64,000 nucleotides of DNA from Thermoplasmataceae archaeon (GTDB lineage: Archaea > Thermoplasmatota > Thermoplasmata > Thermoplasmatales > Thermoplasmataceae): positions 25,761 through 89,760 of the forward strand of contig JBJKSX010000053.1 in NCBI GenBank assembly GCA_046703545.1, given 5' to 3'. Numbering within the stretch: the stretch's first letter is position 1; each line of letters starts with the position of its first letter. Below, one piece after another: positions 37,731 through 47,681 of the stretch. The position numbers and the translations under genes were made by a program. The notes beneath the pieces were generated by a model that was not told where the DNA came from, did not search any database, and saw only the letters and a program-made list of their open reading frames with translations.

Positions 37731-39056
37731 ATGATAGACATAAAGCTACTCAGGGAGAGCCCTGAACAGTTTTACCATTCCTGCAAATCCAGAGGTTTTG
37801 ATACGGCCCAACTGGACAAATTCTTTGATCTTGACAGGGAATGGAGGGAAAATCTGAAGCAGATCAATGAGCTAAAACACCAGAAGAATGAGTTGAGCTT
37901 GGAAGTGTCAAAGCTGGCAAAGAGTGGCCAGGATGCATCAGATATTAAATCCACTGTCAAGTCCCTTAATGCAAAAATCTCAGAAATGGAATCATCCCAG
38001 AAGGATATAGAGACTTCAAGAACAAAAATTGCAAGACTCATCCCGAATCTGATTGACAGTTCTGTTCCAATCTGCATGACTGAAGAAGAGGCAAAGGTTG
38101 TGAGGACATGGGGTACTGCGTCAGTCTATCAGGATGACCTGGAATACTTCAAAGAGGCCACGGAACCCGGCATGAAATTCAATGAGCTTGAGAAACGCCC
38201 AACAAGCCACGTTGATCTTTTGCAGCAGCTGGATATAGCAGATCTGGAGAGGGCTGCCAGAAGCTCGGGGTCAAGATTCTTCTATCTCAAGAACAGGCTT
38301 GTGAAGCTTGAACTGGCACTTGTCAACTATGCCGCTGATTTCCTGTCCGAAAGAGGTTTCCAATTGTTTCAGCCCCCATACATGCTGAATATGAAATCCA
38401 TGGAGGGCGCAACTGATATCGAGACTTTCAAGGAAACTCTCTACAAACTCGAAGGAGAGGATCTCTACCTCATTTCAACTGCTGAGCATCCCCTTGCAGC
38501 GTTCCATCAGGATGAAATCCTTGAGGAAAGCATGCTCCCGTCCAGAATGGCGGGGATTTCCCCCTGCTTCAGGAAGGAAGCAGGTTCCCACGGAAAGGAT
38601 ACAAAGGGAATATTCAGGGTTCACCAGTTCAACAAAGTTGAACAGTTCATATATTGCAGGCCCGAGGATTCATGGGATTTCTTTGATGAACTCGTGAAGA
38701 ATTCAGAGGACATTTTCAAGAGCCTGGACCTGCCATACAGGGTCGTAAACATATGCTCAGGAGATCTTGGAAACCTGGCAGCCAAGAAACTGGACATTGA
38801 AGCATGGTTCCCGTCCCAGGGGAAATTCAGGGAAGTTGTTTCGGCCTCCAACGATACGGACTACCAGGCCAGATCTTTGAACATAAGATATCGCACAAAA
38901 GATGGCAACAGGTTCGTCCACACGCTTAACAGCACAGCCATTGCAACAATGAGGACTCTGGTTGCAATTATGGAAAATTACCAGGTAAGGGACGAACTCG
39001 GGTTTGAGATACCCAAGGCGCTCATACCCTACACAGGATTTGACTTCATTTCTTGA
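37731..39056 (+). CDS. serS: Serine--tRNA ligase
   Basis: N-terminal coiled-coil arm, class II motif 2 'FRVHQFNKVEQF', 'SASNDTDYQARSLNIRY', and motif 3 region 'LNSTAIATMRTLVAIMENYQ'. Confidence 0.92.
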   Translation: MIDIKLLRESPEQFYHSCKSRGFDTAQLDKFFDLDREWRENLKQINELKHQKNELSLEVSKLAKSGQDASDIKSTVKSLNAKISEMESSQKDIETSRTKIARLIPNLIDSSVPICMTEEEAKVVRTWGTASVYQDDLEYFKEATEPGMKFNELEKRPTSHVDLLQQLDIADLERAARSSGSRFFYLKNRLVKLELALVNYAADFLSERGFQLFQPPYMLNMKSMEGATDIETFKETLYKLEGEDLYLISTAEHPLAAFHQDEILEESMLPSRMAGISPCFRKEAGSHGKDTKGIFRVHQFNKVEQFIYCRPEDSWDFFDELVKNSEDIFKSLDLPYRVVNICSGDLGNLAAKKLDIEAWFPSQGKFREVVSASNDTDYQARSLNIRYRTKDGNRFVHTLNSTAIATMRTLVAIMENYQVRDELGFEIPKALIPYTGFDFIS

Positions 39057-39058
39057 AT

Positions 39059-40513
39059 CTATCTTGATCTCTCAGCATATGCCATTTTGGCTGATGTTGA
39101 AGAGTATTTTTTCCATCTGTCAAGTATAGGCAGTTTGTCCTCAACCACATTGTCCATCACATTCAGGTAATGGAGAATCCCGTTGACTGCAAGGTCTGCG
39201 TCGCGAACAGCGCTGATGAGATCCTTTGATGGGTTGGTTGAATCTCCGCCAGAGAAGAGTCCCTTGATCGATGTCATGTTAACCTCATTAACTATGGGCT
39301 GCCCATGTGGTGTCAGCCTCAGCTGCCTGAGATAGTCATCCCCCATGAAACTGTAATCTGTTTCCTGTCCTGTGGCTTCAACTATGTAGTCCACATCTAT
39401 TTCGTGAACCTTGTCCTTGATGGGTATTGGTTTGGCTCGGCCGCCTTTTTCAGTGACCATTTCGTTCTGCCAGTACCTGAGTTTCACAGCTCTGTTGCCC
39501 TCCTTGACGTATTCAAAGGGCGTGACTTCCCAGACATAGTTTACAAATTCCTCCACTGACTCCTCCAGTTCCTCGTCGGCATTCATGCTGGGATAGCCTG
39601 GCCTGTCAACTTCTCTCCTCCTGTACATGATATTCACATTATTGGCTCCAAGCCTCATTGAGGTTCTTGATGAATCGTTTGCAGTGAAGCCGCCTCCTAT
39701 TATGACCACGTTCTTCCCTACATCAATCTGTTCGCCAAAGCTTACTCTTCTAAGGAATTCCGTTGCATGAACCACGTTCTCAGCATCACTGCCCGGTGTT
39801 CCCGTCATGCGTGGTTTCTGATTGCCCACGGACATGTAGACGGCGTCGTGAGAGTTCATAATCTCTTCAAAACTGATGTCTTTGCCGATTTCAGTATTCA
39901 GCTTCACGTCGACACCCTGCGAAATTATGAAGCCTATCTCCTTGTCGAGAACATCCTGAGGAAGCCTGTAACGTGGGATCCCGGTTTTCATGAAGCCCCC
40001 GAGTGCAGGGAGCTTTTCATACAATGTGACCTTGATTCCCTGAATGGAAAGGTAATAGGCTGCAGTCAAGCCTGATGGGCCTCCACCTATTACTGCCACA
40101 GTCTTGCCAATGAACTTCTTCCTTGGGAGGTTCAAAAGTTCACCATAATCAGCAAAACTGTCCGCGGCATATCTCTTGAGATGCCTTATTGCAATTGGAC
40201 CTCCTGAATCATACATCACACAAATATCTTCACAAAGGTGAGTGCAGACTCTGCCAATTATGGCTGGAAACGGAAGATTCTCAAACACGATCTTCACGGT
40301 CTGCCCTGGGTCACCTACCGCAGTGCTGTTAATGTATCCCCCAATATCGAGGCTTGCTGGACATGCCTGGGTGCATATATTGCAGCCAATGCATCTGCTG
40401 GCTTCTGCAACGGCATCGCTCTGGTTGTACTCTTTGACTGGCTCCAGCTCGAAGCTCTTAACCCTCTCTCGGGGGTCTTCATGTGCGATTTTGACACGCT
40501 CAAAATTAAGCAT
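39059..40513 (-). CDS. GltD/SudA-family NAD(P)H-dependent FAD oxidoreductase with N-terminal Fe-S domain
   Basis: '[12 protein letters not shown]' plus 'CTHLCEDIC' cluster motifs, and two dinucleotide folds '[17 protein letters not shown]' and '[13 protein letters not shown]'. No large glutamate-synthase subunit is adjacent. Confidence 0.8.
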   Translation of the reverse strand: MLNFERVKIAHEDPRERVKSFELEPVKEYNQSDAVAEASRCIGCNICTQACPASLDIGGYINSTAVGDPGQTVKIVFENLPFPAIIGRVCTHLCEDICVMYDSGGPIAIRHLKRYAADSFADYGELLNLPRKKFIGKTVAVIGGGPSGLTAAYYLSIQGIKVTLYEKLPALGGFMKTGIPRYRLPQDVLDKEIGFIISQGVDVKLNTEIGKDISFEEIMNSHDAVYMSVGNQKPRMTGTPGSDAENVVHATEFLRRVSFGEQIDVGKNVVIIGGGFTANDSSRTSMRLGANNVNIMYRRREVDRPGYPSMNADEELEESVEEFVNYVWEVTPFEYVKEGNRAVKLRYWQNEMVTEKGGRAKPIPIKDKVHEIDVDYIVEATGQETDYSFMGDDYLRQLRLTPHGQPIVNEVNMTSIKGLFSGGDSTNPSKDLISAVRDADLAVNGILHYLNVMDNVVEDKLPILDRWKKYSSTSAKMAYAERSR

Positions 40514-40602
40514 TATTCGACCCGCCCTTAAATCCTAACATTAATTATAAACATTTTTTTGCGAAAAGAGTTAATTATACAGGCTCTCCCCAAATAACAG
40601 AT

Positions 40603-41022
40603 TTAAAGGAATCTCGGTATTACCAACATTGCAAAAAACAGATTGAAAAGAACGATCAAGCTCATTATGACATACAGCCGGTTCTTTTCCTTGATGAAGT
40701 CCAGAATTGCAATGAAAACCACAGAAATCGGAGTGAATATTAGAATCCAGAGGCCCAGCGTAACGTAATATACTCCATCCAGTGACGCAATTCCCTGTGG
40801 CAACTGTGACAGCGGAATCCTGTCGGAACCCAGAGTCTGGGAGAAGTGTGCAAGATAGGACAGGGAATAGCCCATGCCTCCATTCCTGACAAAAAGAAGA
40901 ATCACGCCCGAGACTATTAAGACAAGGCTTGCGACCACGCCTGTCCTTAGCACATAACTGGTTATTATGTCCAGGTCAACTTTGCTCTGCAACTTTACCA
41001 CCTCCTCTTCTGGTAACAACAA
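40603..41022 (-). CDS. DUF1634-like small membrane protein (usual partner of TauE/SafE)
   Basis: 'ITSYVLRTGVVASLVLIVSGVILLF' plus three further TM helices. It overlaps the 3' end of the TauE gene. The start is uncertain (TTG 41022 / GTG 41001 / TTG 40992). Confidence 0.55.
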   Translation of the reverse strand: MLLPEEEVVKLQSKVDLDIITSYVLRTGVVASLVLIVSGVILLFVRNGGMGYSLSYLAHFSQTLGSDRIPLSQLPQGIASLDGVYYVTLGLWILIFTPISVVFIAILDFIKEKNRLYVIMSLIVLFNLFFAMLVIPRFL

Positions 41023-41962
41023 AAAGGCCCACGTTCATCAGGATGGCAAACACTACCGAAACGGCAACTTCGAACATCTTTGATACATTCAGGAACCCAA
41101 CCATCTTCAGGCCAGTAAGAAGCATTTCAACTCCCAAGAACGATAGGATGGTGAAGAAAATCCATCTTACGTTCTTATTGGTTATTCTCATAAGTATCTT
41201 GGCTCCAAAAAATGATCCTATAAGGACTCCGAGAGCAGTGGCAGCAGCAATGAAAATCTGCACATACCCTTCATACCAGTAGATTGTGCTCCCGGTGGCG
41301 GCTGTGATACCGATCATGAAATTGCTTGTGGTCGTTGTGACCTTCATGGGCAGGTTCATGGCCCAGTCCATTCCAAGGACCTTCAGGGCGCCGCTTCCAA
41401 TGCCAAGGAGGCCGGATATGAGTCCCGCAAAGAACATTATGAATTCCGCAAGCCACCATCTTATGCCGGTGTAGCTGATTTTCCTGCCCAGTTTTTTGTC
41501 GAAATATGACCCTGTGAGCTGGAAGAGTTTGGTTGTCCAGTCTGGCCGCTTAAGTGGAGGTTCTTCGAATTTTCCCCTCTGTACTGTAGGAATGAGGGAG
41601 GTCAGGAGAACTGCGCCAAAAATCACATATATGACCCAGTCAAAGGAATTGTTGTAAACATAAACCGCTGTCAAAGAACCGACGATTGCACCAAGCGTGG
41701 TTGCAATCTCAAGGCCAATGCCTATTTTCACATTGGTTATCTTCTGTCTGGTGTAAGCACTTGCACTGCCGGCTGAAGTTGCAATGGTTGATACCAGGCT
41801 TGCTCCAGTGGCGAAAATGATAGGAACTCCATAAAACAGGGTTAACAATGGAACGAGGACCGTTGCTCCACCAAGTCCCGTCAGTGACCCAATAATCCCG
41901 GCTGCTATGCCGCCCACAACAATCATCAGGAATTTGAAGGCGATTAGAAAGATTCCAGTCAT
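40976..41962 (-). CDS. TauE/SafE-family anion (sulfite/sulfonate) exporter-type permease
   Basis: 328 aa, polytopic, with internal duplication and Gly-rich helices ('IAAGIIGSLTGLGGATVLVPLL', 'GLISGLLGIGSGALKV'). Confidence 0.8.
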   Translation of the reverse strand: MTGIFLIAFKFLMIVVGGIAAGIIGSLTGLGGATVLVPLLTLFYGVPIIFATGASLVSTIATSAGSASAYTRQKITNVKIGIGLEIATTLGAIVGSLTAVYVYNNSFDWVIYVIFGAVLLTSLIPTVQRGKFEEPPLKRPDWTTKLFQLTGSYFDKKLGRKISYTGIRWWLAEFIMFFAGLISGLLGIGSGALKVLGMDWAMNLPMKVTTTTSNFMIGITAATGSTIYWYEGYVQIFIAAATALGVLIGSFFGAKILMRITNKNVRWIFFTILSFLGVEMLLTGLKMVGFLNVSKMFEVAVSVVFAILMNVGLFVVTRRGGGKVAEQS

Positions 41963-42061
41963 CTATTTCAGGTATTAGATTTTACTATAAATTACTCTTT
42001 TGCCATATGCCTGATCCACTTTTTAATTGATCAGTGTGAGCTGAAGTTCTTTGTGTGGCTT

Positions 42062-43999
42062 CTAGCCCAGTTTTCCCGAATTCAGTTCAAAATTGATGGC
42101 GCCGGAATTCGGCCCGTAGTATGCAATTAGCCTGTAACTCCCATTCCAGCTTATTTCCTGCCCTGGGGCAAGTGGCATTATTTCGACTAGATAAGTCCCA
42201 TTTGGCAACTGGGTGTAGTTCGATGTTTGCCACAGATATCCGTTCATGTTTTTGTATGGGAAGTATGGGAGTATTCTGACCTGGAGTTTACCTGGGGGAT
42301 ATATTGAAGAATTTGCTGAAATCAGCAAAGACATTCCCGTAACGTTAGCCCCTTGAACTCCTGTTATCTGTGGGCTCGAGACGTCTATTCTGTTGACAGG
42401 GGAGCTGCCCGAAATCTCGTAAAGAACAGGAGCAAGCATCAGGACAACCACCACTGCAGGAATCACTGCTTTCCTGAAGTTGCTCATTTTCTTGCCCCGG
42501 GCAACATTTTCCTTAGCACTCCTGCTGGGTTCGCTTCTTTCCATAATTACCGGGATTAGAAATGCGATCATTGGCCAGTATATGACATAATTAAGCAGGA
42601 GACGGTAATTGAAAAGGAAAATCAGTATGGGAAAAGCCAGAAACGCAAATCTCAAGTTCCGGTAGTATGCAACGTATGCGATAACTGATGATACGAATAC
42701 GGCAACAACCATCAGGGAAAAGAAGGCCCTGCTCAATGGCAGCACATCAAGAAATGCAAACTGCGATGGCCCGAATCCTATTCCCACGAGTTGCTGGAGC
42801 TCAGGTGCGGTCACAGACCTCAGAAAGCCCATGGGACTTTGCAGAATGAAAAAAGAATTTATCGCCAGGAAGACTGCCAGAAGGGCAGAGATCCACTTCA
42901 ATGAGGCTTTCCCACCGGATTCTTTGAAAACGAAGATCAAAAGGAAGGGAATCAGGACCCAAGGAACTTGCTTCACTGCCGCTGCGGCTCCCATCATCAG
43001 GCCTGAAAGCCCAGGTTTCCTGTGAAAATAAACCGAAAGAAAGGTGAAGATAACCCATAGAATATCTGGATATCCCAGACTTGCCTGGTTAAGAAACGAT
43101 GGGTTTAGGAGTATAAGAAAGACGGGGATGAGAGCTAAGGATTTCAGGCTGGAATGTGTATAGGCGAAGTAGAGGAACAAAGGCACAACCACAAAGAAAG
43201 GAAGCAGGGTGAAAGAAGGGTAAATTTTGAGAAGGTTTGCAGGCACATAGGCCAGCATAGACAACGCGGGGTATGTGAGTTCGGCTACATATCCCCCCGT
43301 AGTATATGGGGTTATCAGGTTGTAGGGAAATCCCTGGACTGGAGAAGAGAGGAAAGAGAAAACCCCGGCGGTATTCATTGACACATATGGGTTGATGCCT
43401 GAGAGAAACAGGTGGGCTGAGTAGTAGTCCAAAGCAAATTCATCGGTTGGTATGCCGGGCGACCCATACCAGAAAGCAACCGTCCAAACCATGGTGACGA
43501 TTCCTATTATGAGGTAGTAGAGAATGGGGCTAACATGGTTTTGAGGCCCTCTTTTCCTGTTAAGGTAGAACAATGAAGAGATACAGGCAGCAGAAACTGC
43601 AAGGAATGCAAAAAGCACCAAGGGCGAGGGGAGTTTGAATCCAGCGGCCATGCCAATTCCGTAGGATACAAAAATGTAAGGTATCATCAAAAAGGAAAGG
43701 TATCCCCTGATGCCCGATTTGTTTTCCTCCGGAGGCTTATTATTGGATTTTCTCCCGAGTGCTGAAGCCAATACCACCATGAATTTTGGGGGAGGCTTGA
43801 CAAATGCCCCAATGAGAGTTAAAAAACCGAAAATGATCAGTAGCGTTTCAAAAGCGATTACAGGAGCTCCCCTGTACCCTAGGATTGACCAGAGAATCTG
43901 GGGAATGGTCACAAAGAAAGTGCTTAAGCCTATGGCGGTTAATCTGGCCTTTGCGAAATTAGCATTTTCGTCTTCATTCACTTCCCCATTTCCCCCCAA
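42062..43999 (-). CDS. GT-C-fold-like polytopic membrane glycosyltransferase candidate with extracytoplasmic C-terminal domain
   Basis: At least 12 predicted TM helices, then a final anchor helix, then a ~130-aa sequon-bearing soluble domain. It overlaps the upstream Dol-P-sugar synthase gene by 22 nt. The fold is assigned from topology and context only. Confidence 0.5.
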   Translation of the reverse strand: MGGNGEVNEDENANFAKARLTAIGLSTFFVTIPQILWSILGYRGAPVIAFETLLIIFGFLTLIGAFVKPPPKFMVVLASALGRKSNNKPPEENKSGIRGYLSFLMIPYIFVSYGIGMAAGFKLPSPLVLFAFLAVSAACISSLFYLNRKRGPQNHVSPILYYLIIGIVTMVWTVAFWYGSPGIPTDEFALDYYSAHLFLSGINPYVSMNTAGVFSFLSSPVQGFPYNLITPYTTGGYVAELTYPALSMLAYVPANLLKIYPSFTLLPFFVVVPLFLYFAYTHSSLKSLALIPVFLILLNPSFLNQASLGYPDILWVIFTFLSVYFHRKPGLSGLMMGAAAAVKQVPWVLIPFLLIFVFKESGGKASLKWISALLAVFLAINSFFILQSPMGFLRSVTAPELQQLVGIGFGPSQFAFLDVLPLSRAFFSLMVVAVFVSSVIAYVAYYRNLRFAFLAFPILIFLFNYRLLLNYVIYWPMIAFLIPVIMERSEPSRSAKENVARGKKMSNFRKAVIPAVVVVLMLAPVLYEISGSSPVNRIDVSSPQITGVQGANVTGMSLLISANSSIYPPGKLQVRILPYFPYKNMNGYLWQTSNYTQLPNGTYLVEIMPLAPGQEISWNGSYRLIAYYGPNSGAINFELNSGKLG

Positions 44000-45057
44000 A
44001 CGAAAAATGTTGAGGAAAGGTACGTGATGATGAATGCTGACATGATGCCTATCAAATCCGCAAGTGCGATTCCGGTCACGGTGAAGGGAAAGATGTGCCT
44101 CTTTATGAGCACATAGACTATGCCTGTGTTTGCCACTATTCCCACTATGCTGAAAAAGGTGAATTTTCCAAACCTGTAAAGGAATTTGGAATTGATAGTT
44201 GTCTTGTTCCTGAAGGTGAACTTGTTGTTGAGCACGAAGTTGGATACAACGCTTGCTTCAACAGCCAACGGTTCCGCGAGGAAATGCGTGTAGCCAAATA
44301 GAAGGCCCAGTATGAGCAGGTTTACAATAACCCCTGATGCGCCCACTATTACATATCTCAAGACATTGCCCTTCTTGAGAATAAGGGAGAGGAAACTGCC
44401 TATGTCATTTGTTTTCAGCTTACTCTTTCCTTCGTTCCTCTTGTAGAAAACAATTGGGTGCTCAGCCACTTTGAATTTAGCTCCAAGCAGCCTTCTCAGG
44501 ATGTCTATCTGGCCGGCATAAGAGGGGCTTATTGGTTCTTGTATGTTAGATTCCAGAAGGAAGTTCATGGCCCTGGCTGAATAGACCCTGAACCCACTGG
44601 TGGCGTCTTTCACCTTTGCTGAGAAGGTAGATCTGAACGCAATGTTGCCTCCAAGGCTGATGAGCCTCCTGATGAAAGTGTCTCCGTTCTTGCCACCGGG
44701 AACATATCTCGAACCCACAACAAGGTCTGCTTCAGTCCTGACAGCGGTCTTCAGTAGTTCAGGAATGTATGAGGGATCGTGTGAAAAGTCCGAATCCATA
44801 ACAATGGCATACCTGCAGTCAACGGGAAGCTTTCTGAATCCTTCCATTATTGCTGAAACAAGGCCCATTCTCCTGTGCCTCTCAACGAGGTTCACGTTGG
44901 ACCAATTGCTGCATAGCTGCTGAGTCCCGTCAGTGCTTCCATCATCTACGATGTACACCTGATATGATTCCAGCTTAGGGAGGAGTTGCTCGAGGTTTGC
45001 CCTTTCATTTAATGCAGGTATGATTATGGCAACACCATCCGTGTCAGGATCAGCCAT
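43978..45057 (-). CDS. Dolichyl-phosphate sugar synthase-like GT2 fused to a GtrA-like membrane domain
   Basis: 'VAIIIPALNERANLEQLLPKL', 'YIVDDGSTDGT' and 'IVMDSDFSHDP' (DPM1-like). The C-terminal four TM helices are of GtrA type ('NFVLNNKFTFRN'). Confidence 0.8.
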   Translation of the reverse strand: MADPDTDGVAIIIPALNERANLEQLLPKLESYQVYIVDDGSTDGTQQLCSNWSNVNLVERHRRMGLVSAIMEGFRKLPVDCRYAIVMDSDFSHDPSYIPELLKTAVRTEADLVVGSRYVPGGKNGDTFIRRLISLGGNIAFRSTFSAKVKDATSGFRVYSARAMNFLLESNIQEPISPSYAGQIDILRRLLGAKFKVAEHPIVFYKRNEGKSKLKTNDIGSFLSLILKKGNVLRYVIVGASGVIVNLLILGLLFGYTHFLAEPLAVEASVVSNFVLNNKFTFRNKTTINSKFLYRFGKFTFFSIVGIVANTGIVYVLIKRHIFPFTVTGIALADLIGIMSAFIITYLSSTFFVWGEMGK

Positions 45058-45168
45058 TAATATTCGAATGAGTTATGTTATTGCTAACTTAAATCTTTGC
45101 GCCATAGCCCAATTTGACTTTTTCCCATAATGATGTTGCAGAGTCTCCCGATTCACTCTATAAAGCTA

Positions 45169-45175
45169 TTTATAA
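45169..45175 (+). promoter_or_regulatory. TATA-box candidate for pdxS (leaderless spacing)
   Basis: 'TTTATAA' is centred about 30 nt upstream of ATG 45202, with no SD in between. Confidence 0.45.
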
Positions 45176-45201
45176 CTTATACCTATCCAATTTAGATTAA
45201 C

Positions 45202-46212
45202 ATGTCCATAGACGTCTCACAGTTAAGATACGGTGACGAACTGATAAAGAGAGGATTTGCCAAGATGACAAAGGGCGGAGTTATAATGGATGTCACCACA
45301 GCTGAGCAGGCTAAGATTGCTGAATCAGCTGGAGCAGTTGCAGTTATGGCACTGGAAAGAGTCCCGGCGGACATTAGATCCGCTGGTGGAGTGGCCAGGA
45401 TGGCTGACCCGGAAAAAATCAAGGAAATTCTTGACTCTGTTTCAATACCTGTAATGGCTAAAGTCAGGATTGGGCACATTTCCGAAGGCTACACACTTCA
45501 GGAACTGGGCGTTGACATGCTTGATGAAAGTGAAGTTCTCACTCCAGCTGACCCGTTCTTCCACCTCTACAAGAAGGATTACAAGGTCCCTGTGGTTTGT
45601 GGTTGCAGAACACTTCCGGAAGCGGTGAGAAGGATCTTTGAAGGGGCAGCAATGATCAGGACCAAGGGAGAAGCGGGTACTGGCAATATAATCGAAGCCG
45701 TGAGGCACCTCAGGATGGTGAACGAGGAAATAGCCATTGTCAAGGACCTCAGCAATGAGGAATTGAAGAAAGTTGCAGAGACCGTCACCAGATCATATGC
45801 CAAGCTCAGGCAGCTGGCCTCAGAGGACCTTTTTGGAAGCGAAGATTACCTTACAGAGTACAACCTGTATGCAGGTTTCGGAGTGGAAAAGATTGAAAAT
45901 GAGATACTTAAGGTCCTCAAGGAAGTCAAAAGAATGGGCAGGCTACCTGTTGTCAATTTTGCTGCAGGAGGAGTTGCCACACCTTCAGACGGCGCACTCA
46001 TGATGAAAATGGGGATGGATGGTGTATTCGTAGGAAGCGGAATATTCAAGTCCACTGACCCAAAGAGCATGGCGAAGGCAGTTGTTGAAGCGGTAGAGAA
46101 CTACGAAGATTACAAGATTATTGGAAAAGTCTCAACTGGCCTTGCAGGAATGCAGGGACTTGACATAGAACAGATGCCAAAGGAATCAAGACTCCAGGAA
46201 AGAGGCTGGTAA
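45202..46212 (+). CDS. pdxS: Pyridoxal 5'-phosphate synthase lyase subunit PdxS
   Basis: '[38 protein letters not shown]' and '[34 protein letters not shown]' are near-invariant PdxS blocks. Confidence 0.95.
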   Translation: MSIDVSQLRYGDELIKRGFAKMTKGGVIMDVTTAEQAKIAESAGAVAVMALERVPADIRSAGGVARMADPEKIKEILDSVSIPVMAKVRIGHISEGYTLQELGVDMLDESEVLTPADPFFHLYKKDYKVPVVCGCRTLPEAVRRIFEGAAMIRTKGEAGTGNIIEAVRHLRMVNEEIAIVKDLSNEELKKVAETVTRSYAKLRQLASEDLFGSEDYLTEYNLYAGFGVEKIENEILKVLKEVKRMGRLPVVNFAAGGVATPSDGALMMKMGMDGVFVGSGIFKSTDPKSMAKAVVEAVENYEDYKIIGKVSTGLAGMQGLDIEQMPKESRLQERGW

Positions 46213-46248
46213 ATCATATATAATCTGGTCGACACCATCCTCATTCTT

Positions 46249-46953
46249 GTGATCCTGGCAATTTTATTTGTCTCCTCCAGGGTACTCAACATATTTGACC
46301 TGAAAGGGACTATAGCCGCCCTCATAGTGGGGCTTATAGTTGCTTTTCTCGGGTCTATTTCCTGGTTGGTGGTTCTCCTGGTATTTGCCATAACTTCTCA
46401 TCTGGCCACCAAAGCATACTTCCAGATGAAGAAACAGCACCACATACAGGAGGGCGAGGCTGGAGAAAGGCGGGTTTCAAACGTCTTTTATGCTGCCCTG
46501 ATAGGCATAGTGTTTGCGGGGCTCAATTTCACAAATTTTATGACACATTCATTTTATTTCCATTACTTCGAACTTTTCTCGGTATCGCTGGCGGTGGTGA
46601 ATTCCGACACATTTGCATCAGAGATCGGTGTGGCTGACAAGAAAGTTTACATGATCACAAACTTGAGGAAAACCACGCCCGGAACCAATGGGGGAGTTTC
46701 CCTGTACGGAGAGGCAGCAGCCCTGCTTGGGGCGTTCATTGTGGCCATAACATATGGGCTGCTGAATTCAGCAGGTTTCAGCGTTGTAAAGGTACTTACA
46801 GTGGGTTTGCTTGGTTTTCTTGGATGCCAGATAGACAGCATCCTTGGTGCAGCTTTTGAGAACAGGGGCAAGCTCAGCAAGGGAGAAGTCAATTTTCTCG
46901 CGGCATTTTCCTCTGTCCTCATAGCTGTTCCAATACTGTATTTCACTTTCTAG
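46249..46953 (+). CDS. DUF92/TMEM19-family integral membrane protein
   Basis: 'VVNSDTFASEIG', 'TPGTNGGVSLYGEAAALLGA' and 'QIDSILGAAFE' match the family's conserved blocks. GTG start. Confidence 0.7.
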   Translation: MILAILFVSSRVLNIFDLKGTIAALIVGLIVAFLGSISWLVVLLVFAITSHLATKAYFQMKKQHHIQEGEAGERRVSNVFYAALIGIVFAGLNFTNFMTHSFYFHYFELFSVSLAVVNSDTFASEIGVADKKVYMITNLRKTTPGTNGGVSLYGEAAALLGAFIVAITYGLLNSAGFSVVKVLTVGLLGFLGCQIDSILGAAFENRGKLSKGEVNFLAAFSSVLIAVPILYFTF

Positions 46954-47038
46954 ACAGCGCAGAATAATGGTGAACTTAACCGTCAATTTGTTTTCCAAAG
47001 TTGCCTTTAAAGAAAAATAAAAAGTTTGGGAAAGTCGC

Positions 47039-47674
47039 TTAGACTTTCGTGAATTGTATTGAGGCAATCGCTGAATCAGCGCCTGTTGCACCGTTGACAA
47101 CTGCAGTAAGAATCTCCCCGCTCTTCATCAGCTTTATGGCAGTGGAGTTCAGGGACAAAGTCAGGTTATAGGTGTAAGCGCCACCTGTGTATGTTACATC
47201 CTTGGAAACTGATTGGAACAGGCTGTAAGTGAGGTTCTGGTTTGCGTATAGGCTTGCAAGCCTGGTTGCGTTCTCAGCAAGGCTGGCATTAACCGTAGCA
47301 TTCAAGGTTCCCCCTGATGAGATAGTGTTGTTCACAGATTCATTGTAGATTTTGTTGTAAAAAGCAGTGAAAGTCGCATTGTATGCAGAGCTGTTCACAA
47401 TTGATGGTGCAACAACAGTGATATTCAGAGGCCCGCTGGCTGCCACAAGTGCAAAGCTGATGCTGAAGCTAACATTTGTGGTCGACTGTGTCACATTTGC
47501 AATGAATGTCTGGTTGCTGCCCTGGAAGTAACCATTGATTCCGGTGGCAGTAATGCCCTGAACCGTGGTTGCGGCATTTGAAGTCTTGAGTATGTGGGAA
47601 GTGCCAAAAGCACCGCCAATGATAATCACAGCAATGATAGCGAATCCAATCCATCCTTTCAAATTGCTTGCCAT
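47039..47674 (-). CDS. N-terminally anchored/secreted sequon-rich protein, function unknown
   Basis: 'GWIGFAIIAVIIIGGAFG' anchor or signal, then S/T/N-rich sequence with many N-x-S/T sites. It is the last gene of the Rieske/cyt b gene string. Confidence 0.55.
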   Translation of the reverse strand: MASNLKGWIGFAIIAVIIIGGAFGTSHILKTSNAATTVQGITATGINGYFQGSNQTFIANVTQSTTNVSFSISFALVAASGPLNITVVAPSIVNSSAYNATFTAFYNKIYNESVNNTISSGGTLNATVNASLAENATRLASLYANQNLTYSLFQSVSKDVTYTGGAYTYNLTLSLNSTAIKLMKSGEILTAVVNGATGADSAIASIQFTKV

Positions 47675-47681
47675 ATTAATT

